The notes: a model not told the origin generated them from the sequence alone. 64,000 nt of DNA from Octopus vulgaris (GCA_951406725.2 OX597820.1:56358001-56422000); one strand, 5' to 3'. Positions 13,560-27,771 are shown, counted from the stretch's first letter. Made by a program: numbers and translations.

Positions 13560-13790
13560 GGACAACCGAAGAAAGCCATCAGGGAAATAGGCGCAGCAGC
13601 TGAAACTAGCTCAAGGTGGCGACGGTTGATAAGAGACTGCAAGTGGAACCCTTCCGTAGGTGAAGACTAGCTCATTCCTTGCCCCACTTGAGTGAAATGT
13701 ATAAGCTAATGGGCGAAATGCTTGTGACACTCAGATACCTGCTGAGTATATGGAAGGGTTTCTGGCATTGCACTGGATTTAGAAGAGTTT
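13560..13790 (+). mobile_element. 3' end remnant of a Hero/NeSL-like non-LTR retrotransposon
   Basis: Peptide KKAIREIGAAAETSSRWRRLIRDCKW resembles the AAExxSRWLWxxR C-terminus recalled for this group. Confidence 0.45.
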
Positions 13791-13921
13791 GCTTACCTCT
13801 GTTGCTTCTGCACGGGACAAAGCATCTCTGATGGTTCTTTCACTCATAATAAAATATTAAAAATCTATTAAAAACCTAAGGGAAATAGTTCAAATTAGCT
13901 TATAGCTTGGATTGAGATTAA

Positions 13922-14318
13922 TCTTTATATATAAAAGTAAGGTTGTGTGTCTGTCTCCTACGATTTAGATTCCTAACTACTCCCACATTTTGCGGTGCAG
14001 TTTAACCAAAACCGGGTATCTTATAGTCGTGATTCATATCGAGCCCTTCTGGGTATTAGCGCGCGTCTACGATGAGTCTACGATTTAAAAAAAAATTTAC
14101 CATAATTTTTTTCCATTTTAATGCATTTTTTCGCTATTATATAAGGGAAGTAACTCTCTAAAAATGTCTACAATGAGTCAACGATTTAAAAAAAATTTAC
14201 CATAATTTTTTTTCCATTTTTAATGCATTTTTTTGCTATTTTTTGGCTATAACTCTGTAAAAATGCTTATATAGTTATTTCCCTTACAAACCCGAGCAAC
14301 ACTGGGCGATACTGCTAG
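13922..14318 (+). mobile_element. Non-autonomous Helitron
   Basis: 5' TC, 3' hairpin (cccgagcaacactggg) followed by CTAG, inserted between A and T; internal ~80-bp tandem duplication. Confidence 0.75.
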
Positions 14319-15208
14319 TATTTATATATATAGCAAGAGATGTACAGAAAAATGTGGACAATTAAATTCTTCATTAACTGAAATTGCTTTCTTAGAGAAA
14401 GGAAATGAAAAACACAGTTTCAAATTTAATATACATGATTAAAAGAAAGTCTGACCTTTTAAGCTGGCAAGGGGAACAACTATAAACATATTTCAGACTT
14501 ATTAGACTATATCAGTATAGTATAGTCTTCTTAAATCTGTCTTATCATTGACTTAGATTTGTATGATTCAGTGTATGAATACATGCATGTATGTACAATA
14601 TATGTTTTGCTTTGTTTTGTTTCTTTTTTTTTTAATTTTTTTTTTTCTGTTAAGAGTTAATTTATTGAACCAATAAAATTCTTTTATTACTATTCATACA
14701 AACAACAACAGTATTGCTGTTTAACCCTTAACATTCAGATTATTCTGTCAAATTTAATGCTTATATATTCATGTTATTTTGGATTAATCATGCATAATCT
14801 CATAGCTCTGAGATTTCAGTGGTATGATAGTTTATTTTTAGAATGACATTGCAGGGTAAGTGTGATATGGCTGATTTGAAAAGAGGTAGAATATTTTGGC
14901 CAGAGATAGCCAGTTTAAATACTAAAGGGTTTATCCTACTCATGGCCTGATCCAGGAAATTTATTGTGATCAGAGGCATTCAAACCATTCTTATATTCTT
15001 TTACTTGTTTTAGTCATATTGACTGCATCCAAGCTGTAGCACCAGCTTTTTTAGTTGAGCAAATCGACCCCAGGACTTATTCTTTGTAAGCCTAGTACTT
15101 ATTCTATCAGTTGCTTTTGCCGAACTGCTAAGTTACAGGGATGTAAACACGCCAGCATCGGTCGTCAAGCAATGTTGAGGGGGGACAAACACAGACACAC
15201 AACCACAT

Positions 15209-15257
<49 letters not shown>

Positions 15258-16320
15258 TACGACGGGCTTCTTTCAGCTTCCATCTACCAAATCCACTCTC
15301 AAGGCTTTGGTTGGCCTGAGGCTATAGTAGAAGACACTTGCCCAAAGTGCCACGCAGTGAGACTGAACCCGGAACCAAGTGGTTGGTAAGCAAGCTACTT
15401 ACCACACAGCCACTCCTGCACCTGAACATTTTTCTTCCATTTTTTTCAAACTGTGTACTAGGGTACTAGGCTTGCAATCATAAGGTTTGTAGGTTCGCAT
15501 CATTGGCTAGGCAGCATTATGGATCTTTGTGCAAGGCGCTTCATTTCACATTGCTCCTGTATACTCTGCTGAAAATGTATTGTAGCCAGGTGCTGATGTG
15601 ATCCCCTCACTTCCACCTGTCACATCCTGGTTGTGTTGCTGAGATGGGAGGGCTCTGAACGTCTCTCTTCCCTTTAGTAACTGAAATAATTAGTAAGTAA
15701 CTGAGAAAAACATGGTTGTTGCTACTATATCATATTTACTTGTGAGTGATGGCTAGCGTTGATAACTAGAGCAATATTATTTGATGTGCACTATCATTTT
15801 TAAGATTGCAAAGAATGATCTAAAGGATATTTAGCAGCTATTTCTAGTAGATGAAGTAACCAGGAAAAGTTTCTATTGTTGACTTAATAAACAACTTCGC
15901 AGAGTCACATGATTAGTCCACATTACTCTTTAAGGAGCATAAGGCAAGTTTCCCAGTTTTTCTAGCACATGTACTCCTCCTTGGATGGGATGCTGGTCCA
16001 TCATGGAGTTACTCAGTTTTACCAGCTGATTGCTCCAGAACACAGCACATTGCCCAGTCCAGGAATTGAAACTACAGTCTTATAATCATGAATCTGTCAC
16101 CCTAACCATCAGACCATGTGCCTCCAATGTAGAGTCACACATTCAACTTTAATATAGTCTTGGATAGACATTGGATTTTTAGAATATGAAGGTAGGAGTG
16201 GGTGTGTGGTAAGGAGCTTGCTTACGAACCACATGGTTCTGGATTCAGTCTTCTACTATAGCCCTGGGCTAACCAAAGCCTTGTGAGTGGATTTGGTAGA
16301 CGGAAACTAAAAGAAGCCCG

Positions 16321-16386
<66 letters not shown>

Positions 16387-16829
16387 TTGTGTGTCTGTGT
16401 TTGTCCCCATCAACATTGCTTGACAACCGATGCTGGTGTATTTGCATCCCCGTAACTTAGCAGTTCGGCAAAAGAGACCAATAGAATAAGTACTAGGCTT
16501 ACAAAAAATAAGTCCTGATGTTGATTTGCTCGACTAAAGGCAGTGCTCCAGCATGGCCACAGTCAAGTGACTGAAACAAGTAAAAGAGTAAAGAGTAGAT
16601 GTGGAGTCAATGGATTAATTATAGAAGGGGCTGGATATTGAAGGCACATTTTCCTTTTCTATCCAGGTAGCCAAGCTTTTCAAAGTTACTGATGAAAATA
16701 CAAAAATTCTGGAAACATGTCTGTTGTCATAGATGCGAAAATAAATCAGATAATGGAAGAACTACAGCATTAGTGATAATTCATTCATGGTGAAAGTTAC
16801 ATTTGCTTAACAACAATGATGATAGTAAA

Positions 16830-17285
16830 CATCATCATCATCATCATCATTATCATCATTGTTTAATGTTCGCTTTCCATGCTAGCATGGGTTGGACAAT
16901 TTGACTGAGGACTGGCGAACCTGATGACTGCACCAGGCTTCAATCTGATCTGGCAGAGTTTCTACAGCTGGATGCCCTTCCTAACACCAACCACTCTGAG
17001 AGTGTAGTGGGTGCTTTTACGTGCCACGGGCACGAGGGCCAGTCAGGCGATACTGGCAACGGCCACGCTCAAATGGTGCTTTTTATGTGCTGCTTGCATA
17101 GGAGCCAGTCCAGCGGCACTGGCAATGACCTCGCTCGAATGTTTTTTCATGTGCCACCAGCACAAGTGCCAGTAAGGCGATGCAGGTAACAATCATGCTC
17201 GAATGGTGCGTTTTACATGCCACCAGCACGGAAGCCAGTTTATTGCTCTGGCAACGATCATGCTTGGATGGTACTCTTACTGCTC
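16830..17285 (-). mobile_element. SINE/non-autonomous retroelement with (GAT)n tail (family D; also 19100-19515, 27214-27550, 35110-35350, 42435-42860, 44050-44283)
   Basis: Recurrent ttaggaagggcatccagctgtagaaac...ccaacccatgctagcatggaaa...ttaaa-(gat)n; internal ~60-bp repeat units. Confidence 0.7.
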
Positions 17286-20200
17286 AGTGATGATGATTAT
17301 AATTATAATAATGATAATAGTAGTAGTAATAATGATGGCAATGGTAATTATAATAATTGTTTCTAATTTTTGGTACCAGGAGAGAAGTTTTAGAGATAGG
17401 AACTTATACCAACCCCAATGCCCACTTTGGTACTTATTCTATTGATTCTGAAACGGTTAAGGGCAAAAATATTCTCAGTGGGATTTGAACTCAGAATGTA
17501 AAGCTGAAAATGTTGCTGAGCATTTTGTCTTAGGTCACTAATGATTCGACCAGCTTGCTGCCTTGATGATAATTATGACAGTTTCAAATTTTGGTAGAAG
17601 GCCAGCAATTTTAATGTGATGGGGAGAATTGATTACATCAACCCCTGGTCCCAACTGGTACTGTTTTATCAACCCTGAAAATATGAACGGCAAAGTTGTC
17701 CTCACCAGAATTTGAACTCAAGATGTAAAGAGCTGGGAGAAATTCTGCTAAGCATTTTATTTGATCTGCAGCTTTGCTGTCTCAATGATAATTATAATAA
17801 TGATAATTATAACGATATTAATAATGATGATAGTGTTTTGACAGTGTCATCTAGAATGTTGAACAGGATGATAATGACAATAATGATTTTAAGATGATGT
17901 AATCTTTTGTCCTCTAAAACTGACACACTACTTGCTTTTATTGTTAAATTATTCTCTTCTTTTCTGTCTCTCACGCCTTTTTTACATCACTCTCTCCTCT
18001 CTCGCTTCCTCTTCTTTTACTTCCTCTTTCCTCTCTCACGTCCTCTCTCCTCTCATTTCGTCTATCCTCTCTCTTTCTCTCTCACTCTCTTCCTTTCTCT
18101 CAAACTGAACAAGGAGGTTGGGAATTATCAGGACCTTGTCCAAGGCACATAACTAAATAGCAATGACAGTAGCTATCCGTCCAACTCTGCTGTCACAACT
18201 CCACACACCAATAGTACAATCTGCATCACAGAAATTATTGCCACCATTCACATAACTTTGTTACTTGGTAACCAAGACAGGGAAGGTTCTGGGACAACAC
18301 AGTCTCAAATAATGAGAGTTTAGTGAATGTAGTTGAATAAATGCAATGTAGTTTAAGCTCTGATAATATAATGTCTTCTGATTAAAATGAGTCAGGATGA
18401 ATGTCGATAAGAAAATACAAAGGCAAGTTAAAGTTGACTGAACAGCAACATTCATTTCTGACACTAAAGTGAAATACATCAACTGGCACAACAAGTGGAA
18501 CTCTGTTAAAAACATGATATGGTTTCAAAATGTTTCTCAGAGTTTAGGATAAATGTTAGAAGAAATGCAAAGCATAGAGTCAAGGATTCTGGTTACAATT
18601 CTCTTCTCGTTGAAGCAGCAAAGTGAAATAAACTGCTCTCATATTCAAGATCTAACTTGCTCTTAGCAACTCACCTCCCTCAGGAATTAGGGGGAAAATC
18701 GTCCCTTAAATAGCTGATGTAGGGATGTCTGGTTAGCCTATCATGTTAAGGAGTGGACAGTCCATATAAAGACTAAATGGACTTGACCATCACCTCATAA
18801 GCCCAAATGGGTATCTAAAAGTCAAGCGGCAAAATGTGATAGCTAAAGGTAAAGAGTGAACATGCTTCTGCTACAACAGTAACCATCATTCAACCTATGC
18901 CGCTGTGGATTGCTAGAATCATTGGAGCATTGGACAAAATACTTAGATATTTAGTTAGAGTCGTCTACATTCTGAATTCAAGCCCCAGGATTGTCAACTT
19001 TACTTTTTATCCTTCTGTGGATAAATAAAGTACAAGTGCTGATCTCTAATTGTGGAGGGAACATGTAGAAGGGGTAGACCTAGGGAGACATGAGACAAAG
19101 TGGTAAGAAAAGATCTTCAGATATTGGGCCCCATAGAAGGATAACAGACCGGAACTCCTGGAGATTTGTTGTGCTTGAGAAGACATGTTAAGCTAAGTAA
19201 AATCATATGTGTCTTTGCATACAGGTATGTTCCCTATATCCATCTTCAGCTGAGTGATCCTAACCTTGTGGGCTTGTGGGTACTGGTGCCATATTAGAAG
19301 CATCCATGCTGGTGCCACATAAAAGTGCTTGTGTTGGTGTCACATAAAAGCACCTAGTATACTCTGTAAAGTGGGTGGCGTTAGGAAGGGCATCCAGCTG
19401 TAGAAACCATGTCAAAACAGACATGGAACCTAGGCAACTCTTCCACTGGCCAGCTCCTGTCAAACTGTACAACCCATGCCAGCATGGAAAACTGACGTTA
19501 CATAATGACGATGTCAAGTAATGGAGTCAGTTTAGCATTGTATACTATATTCTTGTGGCATTAAGAAGGACATTCAGCTGTAAAAAAACCATGCCCAAGC
19601 AAACACTAGGAATTGGCACTATCTTCTGACTTGTCAGCTCCTGTCAAATTGTCCAACCTATACCTGCATAGAAAACAGATGTTAAATGATGATGGTGGTG
19701 GTGGTGGCAGTGGTGGTGGACCATTACCAACTCTATAACATTACAACCTTTTCTCAACTATTAGTACAGTCCCATCACAGTATTACCTCCCTTGTTATTT
19801 AAGTGAAGTAGTGAAGTAAGATCTGTTGTTGTTGTTCTTCCAATCATGACTCACGCCATTAGCCACAAAGAATAATCTCTAATTTGAGCCTACTCTAAGC
19901 TACTAAGAATGTGTGTGGGAACTTGAAGATCCACCCACCACATGCGATAGACTGGTGGTTGCACAGGCGTGAAAGCTACGTTGTTATCCTCATTCTGTAA
20001 AGGGTGGCTTTTAATGGGTGGAGAGCTGAACCATCCTGGGGTACTGAGGATTCGCAATCTAGACTAGGGTCTGAAAGTTTACCACACCATAGTGGGTTAC
20101 TCCATGGTTCCTCTGCTTGTGGCAGAAGTAGCAAGAAAGAGCAAAAGAAAGTTGTGGTGAAAGAGTACAGCAGGGTTCACAACCACCCCACTGCCAGAGT

Positions 20201-21200
20201 CTCGTGCAGCTTAGGTGTTTTATCTGTTGTTCTTGTCCCAAGGACATCATAATAGCTTGTGACAGTTGCTGTCAATCTCTCCATCTTTACAGCCAAATCG
20301 CCAACATTACAACCATCCTACACCATCAACATTATAACCACTGTTGCAGCTTTACATCTCCTAGTTACTTGTTCTGTAGTCAGATAAATGAATCAGTAGA
20401 AGATTTACCTTTCATTCAGTTTTTGTTGGGAGACCAGAGCGAAACACTGTCTCTCAAAAACTTCTCAGAGCTTAGGAGATATTGACATCACATTACTGTT
20501 GCTTTTTCCAGCTCTCATCATCATCATCATCATCATTGTTGTTGTCATCATCATTATTTTATCTCATTTTTTCCACGTTAGCAGGGCTAGATAGATTTAT
20601 CTCAGTATTTTGCTGCTTGCTTCAGTCTTTTACCATCTGGCGCAACCTGCATCAGAGGAAATTGGTCATCTTTGTTGTGCATGTCAGATTTTTGGTTTAG
20701 TTTTTATGACTGGAAGACCTTCCTGTCTATCATTATCCATATCACAGCATGTACTGGGTGCATTGTATCATGTTACCAAAACTAGAGAGCCTAGTCGTTT
20801 ATGGCTTTATGTCCAGAGCTATCTCTACCTTGTGTCAGTGTTGGAGTCCACATCTCTCTCATTTGTTCGTAAAGATTTTTAGATAAGCATTGGAATCCAA
20901 CAAAAAATATATATTTATATATGCCACATTCATTTCTGTGATGCATGATGTGTATATATTTATTGCTGGGTGTAGGTTGAACAGAGTGAGTTGAAGAGTA
21001 GTGCTTTTGTCAATGATATAGAATAAAACTAATACTTATAACTTGTGTTGGTGTTCACAGGGGATGAATTGATCTAACTCCAATTAGTGACTCAACAACT
21101 GTCATAAACAAAAGCTGACCATATCTGGCAATCATAGCCTCCTGGTGCAGAGATTGTTAACACCAGCAACAGAATATTAGCCACTGACTACCTCAGCTGA

Positions 21201-22382
21201 TTGTCTAGCACCTGCTGAAATAATTAGCTTCAGGCATTTGGAACTTTCTCTGCTATGTCTAATATTAATACTAGCAATTAGCATTTTTTTTGTCAAAAGC
21301 AATGAGCTAAAAGAGATATGGTTCATTAAATTTCCATGCCAACATGTGTACAATATTGTATATCTATTTAGGGATTCTCTCATCACTGCTTCAACACATA
21401 CAGTGAACTCTATGCTTCACTGAGGAGGTCCAATGAGGCTGAAACATGTTCAGTTGTTTCCAGTTACTTGCTGAAATTATCAAAATAGTATTAGTGATGG
21501 AATTAATGTTACTTTTTCTCCACAAGTTATTACATATTTAGTGTTAACCACATTAAACATATTCACAATACCTGAATGTTTTAAAAATGAGTTAATATTA
21601 AGATATTTAATGTAGCTAAAATCACATATATAACTAAAAAAGATTATGTAATTAAACAAAATAATAAGTCATTGACTTGATTCTTGTAACAATTAAGGGA
21701 AACAGCTCTGGACATATTTCCATTTTATTGAACTTCAGTGAAGCAATTAACTTCACCAAATCAAACATTATTAGTCAATGATTAATATTGATTTTTTTTA
21801 TCATCACATAAAAAAAGGTGCATTGAAAAGGTTAACACTAATTTTCTATAGTTATTTTCATGCTGATGTCATTGAAAAGTAGGTTATTCTATGAACATTT
21901 TTCATATGTGTTATAGAATTGTGTTTCATCTAGGTTTTAAGTTCAGCTGCTTCTTCCACTCACACCCAGGCTTAATGATGTGATTACTATAAATTTATGC
22001 ATGCATGTATGCATAAATATATGTGTTTGTATATATGTGTGTGTATATACGTCATCATTGCCCTCGATATTTTAGAAGTCTCTATGCTCAACCTGCTTGA
22101 AATTGCAGTGAAATTTATCTCAAATTTCAAGCTATTGTCATAGCACCTGCTGAAATAATTAGCTTCAGGCATTTGGAACTTTCTCTGCTATGTCTAATAT
22201 TAATACTAGCAATTAGCATTTTTTTTGTCAAAAGCAATGAGCTAAAAGAGATATGGTTCATTAAATTTCCATGCCAACATATGTACAATATTGTACATAT
22301 ATTTAGGGATTCTCTCATTGCTGCTTCAATGCATGCAGTGAACTCTATGCTTCACTGAGGAGGTCCAATGAGGCTGAAACAT
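21201..22382 (+). repeat. ~245-bp direct duplication (21201-21447 and 22135-22382) of a dispersed repeat with a decayed hammerhead motif
   Basis: Near-identical sequence, as shown by the twin 61-aa ORFs at 21238 and 22173; a related copy lies at ~26585-26740. Confidence 0.85.
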
Positions 22383-22863
22383 CATCCTTATCATCATCAT
22401 TGTCATCGTCATCTTTGTTTAATGTCCACTTTTCCATGCTTGCATGGGTTTGATGGAGTCTGTTGAAGCAGATTTTCTGCAACTGGATGCCCTTCCTGTT
22501 GCCAGTCTTCACCTGTTTTCAAGTGAGGTAATATTCTTCATGATCAGACATGTATTCACAGTTGACTGAAAACAAATGACACCACTTGCTTGACAGAGAG
22601 CATTGTTTACAACCATCAACATGAAGTCCAGGAAAGGAGACAGTAACACATACATGCACACACATAAATACAAAAATACAGGCATGGCTGTGTGGTAAGT
22701 AGCTTGCTTTCCAACCACATGGTCCTGGGTTCAGTCCCACTGCATGGGCACCTTGGGCAAGCATCTTCTGCTATATCCTTGGGCCAAACAAAGCCTGTGA
22801 GTGGATTAGGTAGATGGAAACTGAAAGAAGCCTGTCATATATATATATATATATGTATGTATA

Positions 22864-22894
<31 letters not shown>

Positions 22895-23015
22895 GTATAT
22901 ATTTGCATATGTGTGTGTCTGTTTGTCCCCCATCCATTGCTTGACAACTGATGTTAGTGTGTTTATGTCCCCATAACTTAGTGGTTCAGCAAAAAGACCA
23001 ACTAGGCCTACTAAG

Positions 23016-24190
23016 TTAGTTAGTTAGTTAATTTGGCTCAAAAGCAAATAGCAAGGCCATGTAGGGGGACATGGAGTTAAGTACAGGGTGGTGTTCATGT
23101 AAAGAGTTCAGGCCACTTGAGGTCCAGGGAGGCTTTGAACAAAGCGGTCGTCGGCATCTTCACCATCTCGTCTGGCAGCTTGTTCCACGGATCCGCAACC
23201 CGGACGGAGAAAGCTCCTCTCCTTCGATTGAGATGAAATCGTCGCAGGTAGAGCTTTTCGGAATGACCCCGCAGCCGACGCTCCGGAGCAGGAGTGAAGA
23301 ACAGCTCTTTCGAGAGGTTACACTTCCCGCTTATGATGTTGTGGGCGAGAATGAGATCACCACGGCGGCGGCGTTTTTCAAGAGAATAAAGGTCGAGCGT
23401 CCTCAGCCTTTCTTCGTAGGACAAATTTTTGAGACCATGAACCATGCGGGTAGCCAGCCTCTGGACTCTTTCGAGGTGCTGTATGTCTTTGAGGAGATAA
23501 GGAGAAGAGGCTTGAATCCCATACTCCAATATGGGTCTCACCAGCGTGACATAGAGTGGCAGGAATATGGCTGCTGTGAGCATTCCGAATGACCGTCGAA
23601 TCAAAAACAGAATTCCGCACACTTTGTTGGCAGCATGGACGCACTGGGCCGAAGGCGAAAAGGAGGAATCCACCAAGATACCCAGGTCCTTTACCTGATC
23701 GGTCCTCTCCAGCAGCAGACGACCCGGCTCGAAATCAAGTTGAGTTGCAGGAGTAGAGCCGACAGGCAGATGACAGCACTTTGACACGTTCAGACACAGG
23801 TCCCAATCGTTAGACCACTTCCAAATTTGGTGGAGGCATCGATGAAGATCCTCTATACTACCGCGAGGAGCGACCAGTTTGATATCGTCGGCAAATAGAA
23901 GGGTGTGTTGCGTGAGGTCGTCGGGCAAGTCATTTATGAAGACTAAGAATATATAAGGGCCCAAGCACTGAACCTTGAGGCACGCCACTGCTCGCACTGG
24001 AGACGTCGGACCGCGAACCATTAACTTGAACTTGGAAGGAGCGATCTGAGAGGAAGGCACCAACCCATCGTACAATATCCGGATGGAAACTATATGCTTG
24101 AAGCTTGACAAGTAGTAGGCGGTGGTTTACCGAGTCAAAAGCTTTGGCAAAGTCCAATAAAACGATGTCAACAGCATCACTATCATCGAG
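23016..24190 (-). mobile_element. 5'-truncated CR1-group LINE (RT domain and C-terminus, one frameshift)
   Basis: RT motifs DFAKAFDSVNH, SGVPQGSVLGPL, FINDL, LFADDIKL; C-terminal LERVQRLATR, RRRRGDLI, WNKLP; (AACT)n tail; ~15-bp duplication actagRcctactaag inside a SINE. Confidence 0.92.
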
Positions 24191-26100
24191 GAATAAGTAC
24201 TAGACCTACTAAGAATAAGTCTTGGGGTCAATTTGTTAGACTAAAGGTGGTGCTCCAGCATGGCCACAGTCAAATGACTGAAACAAGTAAAAGAATAAAA
24301 GAATACATACATACAATGGGCTTCTTTCAATTTTTGTCTTCCAAATCCATTCACAAGGTTTTGGTAGACCTAGGGCTATAGTACAAGAGACTTGTCCAAG
24401 GTACCATGCAGTAGAACTCTACTCAAAGCCATGTAGTTGTGAAGCAAAATTATTAACCACACAGCACGACCTGCCCCTATAATGGTTGAATATATTAGAT
24501 AGAGAATACCAGTTTTTCAGTGCTCTCATGGGTTGGATGGGTCTTTGATACAGCATATTTCCACTCTTTTTGATATTAAGCCTTCTTATCTATGAAACAC
24601 AATATCCTAACATCGGACCCCATCTCTTTAGTCCATACCTTTTTCGACCTTTTATTTCTGTCAATATAGGATACACTATATTCTGACGTTGCCAGGTCAT
24701 AGTGCTAGTGCATGCATATACAGCTGCGTGCGTGCACACATACACGCGAGTACTGTCCAAATTTCCAACCAATCACATACAGCTAGCTGACATTCAATTG
24801 GCGTATCAAGTTTCGGGCATTTTGATTGGGTTTTGGATAGAAAGTTCACATAAAAGTCACTTCTATTGATTTTTTAATGGCTTTGCGGTATGACTGGGGA
24901 AATGTAAAGATGTGCACGACCACCCTTGGACAGTTTTGAATGACCATAGAAAGTGCGAGCCCTCTAACTGAAAAATTGGGAATTTTGTATAAAGGACACA
25001 CACACACAGACATTTTGCTGTTTATATTTATAGAGATAGAGATTTCTACCCTGCATGTATCAACTATCAAACAATTGTATCTTATATCCACACCCGAACA
25101 GCCTTTGATGAGAACACACAGCTAGTCTCACAACTCTTTTGTGTCCTGCCTTACAGGCTGACAATGGGAAAGGATGTGACTAAAGCAATTGACTATGTCC
25201 TTTGCCTTCAACAACTGGTCTTTTGTCTAAGCAAGAAATCAATGTTTCCCTTGTTATGATTAACGATGACATCAACTTGTTTACTAACATTGCAAAGTCA
25301 AAACAAACTACAAAACACTATTATTTATGGATTTATTGGAAAACTCAACTGGTTTCTAATTTTCACAACTTCTAAAGCCCAATAAAATCTATTATTATCA
25401 TCGCCGTCGTCATCGTCATCATTATCATCATTATCATCATCATCATCATCATCATGATGCCAGCTCTGAGGAACAGTAATCTCTGTAGTAGTAGTTGTAG
25501 TGGTGGTGGTGGAGGTGGAGGTTGTCATCATCATTGTTGTCACCTTGGTGGTCGTCATGGTCGTAGTAGTTGTAGTGGTTGTGAGGTGGTGGTAGTTATA
25601 GTGATTGTGGGGTAGTAGTTGTGGTGGTGGTGGTGGTGCATGTGGTGGTGGTGGTAGTGCTGGTGATGGTGGTGGTGGTTTTGATTAAAAAAAAAAGCAA
25701 AGTGGAATTAGCATGTCTGTGGAGCATATTTGCAAATGATGTGATTTTATGCTGACCAGTCTAAGATATCTGTGGGCATAACAGCTGCACTGGTCCCAGG
25801 TGTAGGAGTAGCGCTGCATTATGGTAATTTTTGTTACATGTGCCACTCAGAAAGCCCCAAGAACCACAGATTGCTCGTAACTGTTCTATAACTTTTGTTT
25901 CTTGTTCTTGAAACTTGAATTAATTTCTACCTTCTTTTTAAACATATGATGATTAGTGCCAAGTAAAAAAAAAAATAAATAAACAAAGGAAATTATCTGA
26001 CAAACCAGTAGACATTTACTGAAAGTGTTTGTGATGTTTGTATTGAGCTGAACTTTCTATAATGTTTTTGTTTTATTGTGTTTTTCCTCTCTCTTTCCAG

Positions 26101-26380
26101 AAACCAAAATATCAGCTAACAACAATAAAAAGCTGGTTTGTTATTATTTTGCCTCTGGCCTCCTTCAAGTCACAGAGATTGATCCATTCTTGTGTACACA
26201 TCTCATTTTTGCATTTGCAATGTTTAAACATGGTAAATTAACTGAAGTATCACCATCTGACGTCAAACTCTTCGGGCAAATGGCCAATCTCAAACTGAAA
26301 AACCCTGCATTAAAAGTGATGCTGTCGGTGCAGAACGGCTTTTCGGAATTGGTCAATTCAGATGATGCTACTATTAAAAA
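26101..26380 (+). CDS. GH18 chitinase-family gene, exon (N-terminal barrel)
   Basis: ttccag| acceptor, |gtatgt donor; KLVCYY...IDPFLCTHLIFAFA...LKLKNPALKVMLSV. Confidence 0.92.
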
Positions 26381-27387
26381 GTATGTTATTTACATTTACC
26401 TTTATCTAACATTCACTGGAAGGGAATTGCAGTATCTGAATAGGGCGGGGTGGGGGAACATTCTTCCCTTGACTCTAGTGTCTATTTTTTCAATGGCAAA
26501 TATACAGCTTTCTCTGAGCATCATAGTTGACTTAACAGAAAAATAACAGCTTACCTACTTATTTATAACACTATGTTTCTCTTATCACTACTTCAGCTAG
26601 TATTGTGAAGGCTATGCCTCCATGCTGAAGAGGTCTAATAATACAAAAACATGTTTAATGTTATCTTCCTTGCTGAAATTATTAAAATATTAATCATTGA
26701 CTAAATGTTATCTTTTTCTCGCCACATAAACATGTTTAGTTAATTATTTAATGCTCATTGCAATGATTATGTCAGTACTAACGTAATTATTATACAAACT
26801 GAGCCATACAGTTCACATTCTGCTGGGCAAGACATTAAGCTTCATCCTGTGGTGATGCTCCAGCTGGAGAGTTCAGAATGGTTTTAGTTGAACAAATCGA
26901 CCCCAGGACTTATTCTATCAGTCTTTTTTACCAAACTGGTAAGTTACAAGGACATAAACACCCCAACAGCGGTTGTCAGTGGTGATGGGGTGAAAGACAA
27001 ACACAGACACAAAGACACACAAATAAATATATGCATACATATACAACGGGCTTTTTTCAGTTTCCATCTATCAGATCCACTCACAAGGGTTTGGTTGGCT
27101 CAAGACTATAGTAGAAGACACTTGCCCATTTTAAAACATGCAGTGGGACTAAACTTGGAATCATTTGGTGGAGTAGCAAGCTTCTTATCACACAGCTATA
27201 CACCTGCACCTATATCATCATCATCATCATCATCGTTTAACATCCGCTTTCCATGCTAGCATGGGTTGGACGGTTCAACTGGGGTCTGGCGAGACCGAAG
27301 GCTGCACCAGGCCAGTCAGATCTGGCAGTGTTTCTACAGCTGGATGCCCTTCCTAACGCCAACCACTCCGAGAGTGTAGTGGGTGAT

Positions 27388-27550
27388 TTTATGTGCCACC
27401 GACACAGGTGCCAGACGAGGCTGGCAGACGGCCATGCCGGATGGTGTTTTTTATGTGCCACCGACACAGGTGCCAGACGAGGCTGGCATACGGCCACGCT
27501 CGGATGGTGTTTTTTATGTGCCACCGACACAGGTACCAGACGAGGCTGGC
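27388..27550. repeat. Tandem ~60-bp repeat (about 2.7 units) inside a family D element
   Basis: Unit tttatgtgccaccgacacaggtgccagacgaggctggca... occurs three times. Confidence 0.85.
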
Positions 27551-27710
27551 ATATATATATATGCATGCATGTATTATGAATGTGTGTATATATATATATA
27601 TATTATTGGTAAAAACAGTAAGATAACAAAAGAAAGAAAGAGACCTCAATATTATGTAAATAGAGGAATTTATCTGTAAATGTAATATGTGACAATTATT
27701 CGGTAGCTAA

Positions 27711-27771
27711 GATAAAACTCTGAGTTTTGGATGCCGAGGTGGAAATCCACACCACCATCTCTTCAGTTATC
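27711..27771 (-). ncRNA. Decayed type-I hammerhead motif within an inverted repeat (27671-27761 vs 27809-27898)
   Basis: Minus strand: gataa-CTGAAGA-gatg...catc-cAAAAC-tcaga-GTT-ttatc; the inverted partner retains cGAAAC. Confidence 0.5.

Noticed and set aside
23071-23592. 173-aa plus-strand ORF
   Set aside because: Antisense shadow of the GC-rich LINE ORF
27388-27550. Regularly spaced repeats resembling a CRISPR array
   Set aside because: The intervening sequences are also repeated, it lies inside a retroelement, the context is eukaryotic and there are no cas genes
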